Positions 1 through 7,765 are shown, counted from the first letter of the stretch. The stretch: 64,000 nt of DNA from Schmidtea polychroa (GCA_044892525.1 CM097887.1:107114397-107178396), one strand, 5' to 3'. Notes: generated from the letters alone by a model not told the origin. A program made the numbers and translations.

Positions 1-1369
1 CTCACCTCAAACTATTGGTATTATCCCAGGAGAGTGGATATTCCAAACGATTTCAAATTCGCAGGAGGGCCTCGAAAGCAAATGATGATAACGGTCTAAA
101 TAACCAAGGTAGATTAAAATTGGCGGAACTATGTAGAGATTATGGTTCATGTCCGAAATTGGAAAGCATTTGGATCCATGCGATCAATAGGCCATTCACT
201 GTGTTTATGGCGGGATTAGAGTTACCTGTTGAATTAGAAAAACAGTGTACTCTGGAGATATACCACGCTGATGGACGAGAACGGAATATTATGATCCAGG
301 CAGCAGCAGTTGATACCATAATCGCAGTAGAAATCTTGGATTTCAGGAAGCCATACTCTATAGTTAGCAAAAACGAGCCAACTTGGATTTACAATGTAAA
401 TAAAGTTGATATACAGCAGTGTAAATCATTTGTGAGGAAGAAGTTAACCAAAGCCGAGGAGGACGAGGCTACAATTTTCATATCGGCAGGTTTTGCCAAA
501 TCCCGAATCGAACTGAAGGAGACAATTATCCAAATCGCAATTATGGATATGAGGGGAAATAATTTATTGAGTGCGGTAGTGACTCCCAGAGACCCTGTAA
601 AACACTACCAAACGCACCAATACAAGTTAAAGGAACCTGATATTAGAGGAAACCTCGACGAAGATGATTGTTATCCTCTGATAAGATCTGCGATAAGAAA
701 ATACTTGTAGGTATTTTGCTTAAAGATCTGATCTCGGTAGCCAATCTACCAGTGCAGTGGATACTGAGTATTCGTGACCTTTCTGCAAATAAACTATTGG
801 AAACCAGAGGAGTCCCAATGATTCATGGTCATTACAGATTGGGATTCCCGACGAAAACTTTCCTGCGTACAGTTCTTGGAGAACCAAGGAATTTAGTGGT
901 CACCAATGAGGCACTGGCGATACGTGCGGTTTATTTACATTTCAGAAACGAATGGTTAGACCATATCACGAAACCCCAGGAGGAATTCATTTCCGTAACT
1001 ACAGCAGCGATAGTTGAGCAGGAAATGACGCAAAAGAGGAGATTACCCGAGCAACCATCTACATCAGGGCAACCCAAGCCTAAGAGAAAATCACCTGTGG
1101 ACTTACCACCGCCTCCAGCTATATCTATTGGAGAAGAAGATGAATATGAAACATGCGTTAGCGAAACGGAGACAGCAAAATCACCCAAACAATCATCGGG
1201 AGCTGCCTATCAGCCAAAGGATAAATCGGAAAATGCGGTCAGAAAAGAAAATCCAGAAGGAGGCAAGGTGAAAAAGATGTTAAAGAAAATATTACCCATA
1301 AAAAGACAATTTTTTCAAATTTGTCAGACTTCCCGCCAACGGAAATTCTTCAACGATGTCTTATTTTAA
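1..1369 (+). pseudogene. Unit 1 exonuclease-like gene, 5'-truncated by window edge, with an extra frameshift at ~96
   Basis: Copy of 2701..4235; GGTCTAAAT replaces GGTTATAAAT (net -1 nt); private R>W and P>L in ORF2. Confidence 0.7.
1268..1327 (+). other. Candidate 60-nt phase-0 intron near 3' end of ORF2 (present in every unit with ORF2)
   Basis: AAG|GTGAAA...TTTTTTCAAATTTGTCAG|ACT; A/T-rich; removal keeps frame (GGK|TSRQRKFFNDVLF*). No transcript evidence. Confidence 0.45.
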
Positions 1370-1690
1370 AGCTCATTGCAATACCTTTCGAATGTGGTAT
1401 AGAAATCCATATTATCAATATTATTGGTAAAGGTATTATTATTTTTTCAAAATATTATTTTTTCAAGGTCATTTATATTTTCAAGGTCAATCATATTTTC
1501 AAGGTCATATTTTAAAATTTAAATTTTTAGAGTTCCCACCAATGGAATTTATTGGCCGATGGCTAATTTTGAAGCCCACTGCAATACCTTTCGAATGACG
1601 TATAGATATTCATATTATCATTATTATTAATAAAGATATTATTTTTTCAAAATATTATTTTTCAAGGTCGTTTATTTTTTCAAGGTTCAA
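1318..1690 (+). repeat. Diverged internal direct duplication (~170-bp copies, offset ~203 bp) in the spacer; in every unit
   Basis: CAGACTTCCCGCCAACGGAAATT...TTTTAAAGCTCATTGCAATACCTTTCGAATG..GTATAGA aligns to TAGAGTTCCCACCAATGGAATTT...TTTTGAAGCCCACTGCAATACCTTTCGAATG..GTATAGA, through to TTTTCAAGGT. Confidence 0.92.
1463..1507 (+). promoter_or_regulatory. 18-bp minisatellite with three TCAAGGTCA motifs (NR5A/FTZ-F1/ERR-type site); fourth site TCAAGGTCG at 1662-1670; in every unit
   Basis: TCAAGGTCA at 1463, 1481, 1499 (period 18). Repeat is seen directly; regulatory function is inferred from the known YCAAGGYCR consensus. Confidence 0.45.
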
Positions 1691-1759
1691 AATCTGTTCA
1701 AAGCTACTGTTTTAGTCAATACGAACCAGATGAAATAATCGGTTCCATCGCCAAAAGTG

Positions 1760-2007
1760 ATGCTCATCCTATTTGAATATATGCCTGAAAGATTGAAAGA
1801 TTCAAGTTGAAAGACCTGAAATTAGAAGACAATCACAAGAAAATATTATCCGGACAATTGATGTCCGGACTGCAATACTTGCATAATTTGAATATCGCCC
1901 ACTGCAATATCAATCCAAAAGACATTTTCGATGATATGGCAGAATTAAGATTAAAGATTTCAAACTTTGGAGGACGAATAATAAAATTGCGCTTATCGTC
2001 ATATTAG
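1760..2007 (+). pseudogene. Degenerate protein kinase fragment (subdomains V-VII; CMGC/GSK3-like spacing); may extend to ~1682
   Basis: MLILFEYMPERLKD (1760-) then, after a -1 shift, QLMSGLQYLHNLNIAHCNINPKDIF...LKISNFG, matching QL..GL.YLH...I.HRDIKP.NI...LKI.DFG; no N-lobe, no APE; in-frame TAA at 1736. Confidence 0.82.
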
Positions 2008-2033
2008 AAAATGACCAGCGAGTCGAGAGATTA

Positions 2034-2501
2034 GTGCTCAACCATGCTTATCTAAGTAGAAGATGGACAATCAAACCAGATACCGTGACAAAGGCGAACA
2101 TTTCGTATTTGGAATTTACGGAGAGAACCGGTTGGTATATAATATATCAAGAAATAGTAAATCTAATACCTCCCACAAAAGGAGAACTAACTGGCAAAGA
2201 AGGAAAGGCTAGATTAGTGAGTATTCCTGGTTGTAAAGGAATAAAGGCTTTGAATTGGTTTAGTATCAGAAAGGTAGCGAGTGTAAACCAGCCCCGCATA
2301 AATAAATTAATTAATAATTGTAGAGTTCAAAATACGTTAAACGGGACAACGAGAGATAAAACCTCAACTTGGTTATTCTTAATCATGATAGGGGGAGTAA
2401 TTTGCATGATTTTAATTTTGATATTAACCACCCTATGGATGCTTAGATTAAATATGCGGGATATTCGTTATTGGGAAATTATTTACGAAACCGAGGTATA
2501 G
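2034..2501 (+). CDS. ORF3: uncharacterised ORF with C-terminal transmembrane helix; no ATG start (frame open from 1935)
   Basis: TWLFLIMIGGVICMILILILTTLWML hydrophobic run; NIS and NGT sequons upstream; frame intact in 21 of 22 copies. No family recognised. Confidence 0.45.
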   Translation: MLNHAYLSRRWTIKPDTVTKANISYLEFTERTGWYIIYQEIVNLIPPTKGELTGKEGKARLVSIPGCKGIKALNWFSIRKVASVNQPRINKLINNCRVQNTLNGTTRDKTSTWLFLIMIGGVICMILILILTTLWMLRLNMRDIRYWEIIYETEV

Positions 2502-2700
2502 GGGGAAAGTCTCACCATATACTAGGAAGTGTAAATATATATTTTATCTATTTTATATGTTATTTATATTAGTATGTAAACTAATGTGGGCTCAAATGAG
2601 CATCGGTAAAATCAGACATCAGCGTATGTCGACTTTGGTTACCCTGCGAGGGTCTATCACGAAAGTGATAAAAGCTGTTAATTATTTTATTTTTAGAAAA

Positions 2701-4235
2701 ATGAATTATAACAGAGAACCAAAACCACCAGTCAAAGCAAATCGACGACACCCATTGGCAACGTACAATTCCCAGACTCGAGTTGAAACTGAAGTATATA
2801 GTACATACAAAGAAGAGTACGTATACAGGTTCATCGGAACTACGGTCGCAGCAAAAATGAATCACCTCACCTCAAACTATTGGTATTATCCCAGGAGAGT
2901 GGATATTCCAAACGATTTCAAATTCGCAGGAGGGCCTCGAAAGCAAATGATGATAACGGTTATAAATAACCAAGGTAGATTAAAATTGGCGGAACTATGT
3001 AGAGATTATGGTTCATGTCCGAAATTGGAAAGCATTTGGATCCATGCGATCAATAGGCCATTCACTGTGTTTATGGCGGGATTAGAGTTACCTGTTGAAT
3101 TAGAAAAACAGTGTACTCTGGAGATATACCACGCTGATGGACGAGAACGGAATATTATGATCCAGGCAGCAGCAGTTGATACCATAATCGCAGTAGAAAT
3201 CTTGGATTTCAGGAAGCCATACTCTATAGTTAGCAAAAACGAGCCAACTTGGATTTACAATGTAAATAAAGTTGATATACAGCAGTGTAAATCATTTGTG
3301 AGGAAGAAGTTAACCAAAGCCGAGGAGGACGAGGCTACAATTTTCATATCGGCAGGTTTTGCCAAATCCCGAATCGAACTGAAGGAGACAATTATCCAAA
3401 TCGCAATTATGGATATGAGGGGAAATAATTTATTGAGTGCGGTAGTGACTCCCAGAGACCCTGTAAAACACTACCAAACGCACCAATACAAGTTAAAGGA
3501 ACCTGATATTAGAGGAAACCTCGACGAAGATGATTGTTATCCTCTGATAAGATCTGCGATAAGAAAATACTTGTAGGTATTTTGCTTAAAGATCTGATCT
3601 CGGTAGCCAATCTACCAGTGCAGCGGATACTGAGTATTCGTGACCTTTCTGCAAATAAACTATTGGAAACCAGAGGAGTCCCAATGATTCATGGTCATTA
3701 CAGATTGGGATTCCCGACGAAAACTTTCCTGCGTACAGTTCCCGGAGAACCAAGGAATTTAGTGGTCACCAATGAGGCACTGGCGATACGTGCGGTTTAT
3801 TTACATTTCAGAAACGAATGGTTAGACCATATCACGAAACCCCAGGAGGAATTCATTTCCGTAACTACAGCAGCGATAGTTGAGCAGGAAATGACGCAAA
3901 AGAGGAGATTACCCGAGCAACCATCTACATCAGGGCAACCCAAGCCTAAGAGAAAATCACCTGTGGACTTACCACCGCCTCCAGCTATATCTATTGGAGA
4001 AGAAGATGAATATGAAACATGCGTTAGCGAAACGGAGACAGCAAAATCACCCAAACAATCATCGGGAGCTGCCTATCAGCCAAAGGATAAATCGGAAAAT
4101 GCGGTCAGAAAAGAAAATCCAGAAGGAGGCAAGGTGAAAAAGATGTTAAAGAAAATATTACCCATAAAAAGACAATTTTTTCAAATTTGTCAGACTTCCC
4201 GCCAACGGAAATTCTTCAACGATGTCTTATTTTAA
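2701..4235 (+). CDS. Unit 2 (reference): unknown N-terminal domain + REX4/ISG20-like DEDDh exonuclease fold + NLS tail, split by frameshift into ORF1 (2701-3576) and ORF2 (3534-4235)
   Basis: ATG 2701 follows TTTTTAG acceptor-like site. IIQIAIMDMRGNNLLSAVVTPRDPVKHYQT...EPDI, KKILVGILLKDL, SIRDLS and NEALAIRAVYLHFRNEW match REX4-family blocks (RVSIVD..G..L....V.P..PV.DY.T, ILVGH.L.NDL, RDTS, EDARATM.LY....EW). Confidence 0.75.
3546..3599 (+). other. Stem-loop spanning the ORF1/ORF2 junction with the ORF1 stop codon in the loop; in every unit with the junction
   Basis: AGATCT(3550-55)/AGATCT(3590-95), TAAG/CTTA, AAAATAC/GTATTTT stems; loop TTGTAG 3571-3576. Confidence 0.6.
3900..3956 (+). other. 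Bipartite nuclear localisation signal in ORF2 tail
   Basis: KR-RLPEQPSTSGQP-KPKRK fits the classical KR-x(10-12)-basic cluster consensus. Confidence 0.55.
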
Positions 4236-4625
4236 AGCTCATTGCAATACCTTTCGAATGTGGTATAGAAATCCATATTATCAATATTATTGGTAAAGGT
4301 ATTATTATTTTTTCAAAATATTATTTTTTCAAGGTCATTTATATTTTCAAGGTCAATCATATTTTCAAGGTCATATTTTAAAATTTAAATTTTTAGAGTT
4401 CCCACCAATGGAATTTATTGGCCGATGGCTAATTTTGAAGCCCACTGCAATACCTTTCGAATGACGTATAGATATTCATATTATCATTATTATTAATAAA
4501 GATATTATTTTTTCAAAATATTATTTTTCAAGGTCGTTTATTTTTTCAAGGTTCAAAATCTGTTCAAAGCTACTGTTTTAGTCAATACGAACCAGATGAA
4601 ATAATCGGTTCCATCGCCAAAAGTG

Positions 4626-4873
4626 ATGCTCATCCTATTTGAATATATGCCTGAAAGATTGAAAGATTCAAGTTGAAAGACCTGAAATTAGAAGACAATC
4701 ACAAGAAAATATTATCCGGACAATTGATGTCCGGACTGCAATACTTGCATAATTTGAATATCGCCCACTGCAATATCAATCCAAAAGACATTTTCGATGA
4801 TATGGCAGAATTAAGATTAAAGATTTCAAACTTTGGAGGACGAATAATAAAATTGCGCTTATCGTCATATTAG
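4626..4873 (+). pseudogene. Kinase fragment copy
   Basis: Copy of 1760..2007. Confidence 0.8.
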
Positions 4874-4899
4874 AAAATGACCAGCGAGTCGAGAGATTA

Positions 4900-5367
4900 G
4901 TGCTCAACCATGCTTATCTAAGTAGAAGATGGACAATCAAACCAGATACCGTGACAAAGGCGAACATTTCGTATTTGGAATTTACGGAGAGAACCGGTTG
5001 GTATATAATATATCAAGAAATAGTAAATCTAATACCTCCCACAAAAGGAGAACTAACTGGCAAAGAAGGAAAGGCTAGATTAGTGAGTATTCCTGGTTGT
5101 AAAGGAATAAAGGCTTTGAATTGGTTTAGTATCAGAAAGGTAGCGAGTGTAAACCAGCCCCGCATAAATAAATTAATTAATAATTGTAGAGTTCAAAATA
5201 CGTTAAACGGGACAACGAGAGATAAAACCTCAACTTGGTTATTCTTAATCATGATAGGGGGAGTAATTTGCATGATTTTAATTTTGATATTAACCACCCT
5301 ATGGATGCTTAGATTAAATATGCGGGATATTCGTTATTGGGAAATTATTTACGAAACCGAGGTATAG
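4900..5367 (+). CDS. ORF3 TM ORF copy (I/N allele)
   Basis: Copy of 2034..2501. Confidence 0.45.
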   Translation: MLNHAYLSRRWTIKPDTVTKANISYLEFTERTGWYIIYQEIVNLIPPTKGELTGKEGKARLVSIPGCKGIKALNWFSIRKVASVNQPRINKLINNCRVQNTLNGTTRDKTSTWLFLIMIGGVICMILILILTTLWMLRLNMRDIRYWEIIYETEV

Positions 5368-5566
5368 GGGGAAAGTCTCACCATATACTAGGAAGTGTAA
5401 ATATATATTTTATCTATTTTATATGTTATTTATATTAGTATGTAAACTAATGTGGGCTCAAATGAGCATCGGTAAAATCAGACATCAGCGTATGTCGACT
5501 TTGGTTACCCTGCGAGGGTCTATCACGAAAGTGATAAAAGCTGTTAATTATTTTATTTTTAGAAAA

Positions 5567-7101
5567 ATGAATTATAACAGAGAACCAAAACCACCAGTCA
5601 AAGCAAATCGACGACACCCATTGGCAACGTACAATTCCCAGACTCGAGTTGAAACTGAAGTATATAGTACATACAAAGAAGAGTACGTATACAGGTTCAT
5701 CGGAACTACGGTCGCAGCAAAAATGAATCACCTCACCTCAAACTATTGGTATTATCCCAGGAGAGTGGATATTCCAAACGATTTCAAATTCGCAGGAGGG
5801 CCTCGAAAGCAAATGATGATAACGGTTATAAATAACCAAGGTAGATTAAAATTGGCGGAACTATGTAGAGATTATGGTTCATGTCCGAAATTAGAAAGCA
5901 TTTGGATCCATGCGATCAATAGGCCATTCACTGTGTTTATGGCGGGATTAGAGTTACCTGTTGAATTAGAAAAACAGTGTACTCTGGAGATATACCACGC
6001 TGATGGACGAGAACGGAATATTATGATCCAGGCAGCAGCAGTTGATACCATAATCGCAGTAGAAATCTTGGATTTCAGGAAGCCATACTCTATAGTTAGC
6101 AAAAACGAGCCAACTTGGATTTACAATGTAAATAAAGTTGATATACAGCAGTGTAAATCATTTGTGAGGAAGAAGTTAACCAAAGCCGAGGAGGACGAGA
6201 CTACAATTTTCATATCGGCAGGTTTTGCCAAATCCCGAATCGAACTGAAGGAGACAATTATCCAAATCGCAATTATGGATATGAGGGGAAATAATTTATT
6301 GAGTGCGGTAGTGACTCCCAGAGACCCTGTAAAACACTACCAAACGCACCAATACAAGTTAAAGGAACCTGATATTAGAGGAAACCTCGACGAAGATGAT
6401 TGTTATCCTCTGATAAGATCTGCGATAAGAAAATACTTGTAGGTATTTTGCTTAAAGATCTGATCTCGGTAGCCAATCTACCAGTGCAGCGGATACTGAG
6501 TATTCGTGACCTTTCTGCAAATAAACTATTGGAAACCAGAGGAGTCCCAATGATTCATGGTCATTACAGATTGGGATTCCCGACGAAAACTTTCCTGCGT
6601 ACAGTTCCCGGAGAACCAAGGAATTTAGTGGTCACCAATGAGGCACTGGCGATACGTGCGGTTTATTTACATTTCAGAAACGAATGGTTAGACCATATCA
6701 CGAAACCCCAGGAGGAATTCATTTCCGTAACTACAGCAGCGATAGTTGAGCAGGAAATGACGCAAAAGAGGAGATTACCCGAGCAACCATCTACATCAGG
6801 GCAACCCAAGCCTAAGAGAAAATCACCTGTGGACTTACCACCGCCTCCAGCTATATCTATTGGAGAAGAAGATGAATATGAAACATGCGTTAGCGAAACG
6901 GAGACAGCAAAATCACCCAAACAATCATCGGGAGCTACCTATCAGCCAAAGGATAAATCGGAAAATGCGGTCAGAAAAGAAAATCCAGAAGGAGGCAAGG
7001 TGAAAAAGATGTTAAAGAAAATATTACCCATAAAAAGACAATTTTTTCAAATTTGTCAGACTTCCCGCCAACGGAAATTCTTCAACGATGTCTTATTTTA
7101 A
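5567..7101 (+). CDS. Unit 3 exonuclease-like split gene (type A with B-type EDETT marker)
   Basis: Copy of 2701..4235. Confidence 0.72.
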
Positions 7102-7491
7102 AGCTCATTGCAATACCTTTCGAATGTGGTATAGAAATCCATATTATCAATATTATTGGTAAAGGTATTATTATTTTTTCAAAATATTATTTTTTCAAGG
7201 TCATTTATATTTTCAAGGTCAATCATATTTTCAAGGTCATATTTTAAAATTTAAATTTTTAGAGTTCCCACCAATGGAATTTATTGGCCGATGGCTAATT
7301 TTGAAGCCCACTGCAATACCTTTCGAATGACGTATAGATATTCATATTATCATTATTATTAATAAAGATATTATTTTTTCAAAATATTATTTTTCAAGGT
7401 CGTTTATTTTTTCAAGGTTCAAAATCTGTTCAAAGCTACTGTTTTAGTCAATACGAACCAGATGAAATAATCGGTTCCATCGCCAAAAGTG

Positions 7492-7739
7492 ATGCTCATC
7501 CTATTTGAATATATGCCTGAAAGATTGAAAGATTCAAGTTGAAAGACCTGAAATTAGAAGACAATCACAAGAAAATATTATCCGGACAATTGATGTCCGG
7601 ACTGCAATACTTGCATAATTTGAATATCGCCCACTGCAATATCAATCCAAAAGACATTTTCGATGATATGGCAGAATTAAGATTAAAGATTTCAAACTTT
7701 GGAGGACGAATAATAAAATTGCGCTTATCGTCATATTAG
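7492..7739 (+). pseudogene. Kinase fragment copy
   Basis: Copy of 1760..2007. Confidence 0.8.
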
Positions 7740-7765
7740 AAAATGACCAGCGAGTCGAGAGATTA

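Noticed and set aside
140-370. Minus-strand 76-, 85- and 94-aa ORFs in every unit (e.g. 140-370, 931-1188, 2581-2865)
   Set aside because: Antisense shadows of ORF1/ORF2; short, no motifs; recurrence only reflects the repeat.
1287-1296. AAATATTAC as a CRESS-virus origin (unit size resembles a small circular genome)
   Set aside because: No flanking stem and no HUH Rep or SF3 helicase motifs in any ORF.
1463-1507. CRISPR-like array
   Set aside because: Only 3-4 near-identical 18-mers with no unique spacers, no cas genes, eukaryote-like context.
1321-1515. 64/69-aa ORF with FKVIYI repeats
   Set aside because: TTG start, translation of the AT-rich minisatellite, and the start is lost in B units.
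1629-1715. Operon-like geometry (AATAAA followed ~80 nt later by TTTTAG acceptor)
   Set aside because: AATAAA occurs several times per unit in this AT-rich DNA, and downstream ATGs open only 2- and 16-codon ORFs.
1849-1869. Perfect 8-bp inverted repeat TCCGGACA-ATTGA-TGTCCGGA
   Set aside because: Real but short, arises from two SG codon pairs inside the kinase relic; no supporting context.
1807-2007. Apparent invariance of the kinase ORF across copies as a sign of selection
   Set aside because: With so few variant sites per unit, zero in 200 bp is not unusual.
2557-2700. N-terminal extensions of ORF1 (339-aa and 367-aa calls)
   Set aside because: They cross an AT-rich tract and an acceptor-like TTTTTAG just before ATG 2701; the 367-aa form depends on a 2-nt deletion and a TTG start.
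3466-3515. 50-nt GTAAAA...ATTAG intron that would shift ORF1 into the ORF2 frame
   Set aside because: It runs into TGA at 3531-3533 and would delete conserved exonuclease residues.
3523-3534. Literal DEDD string (NLDEDDC) as the nuclease motif
   Set aside because: DEDD catalytic residues are dispersed over three motifs; this string aligns to a non-catalytic helix.
3534-3576. Canonical -1 programmed frameshift site
   Set aside because: No X XXY YYZ heptamer in the permitted overlap; only non-canonical recoding remains possible.
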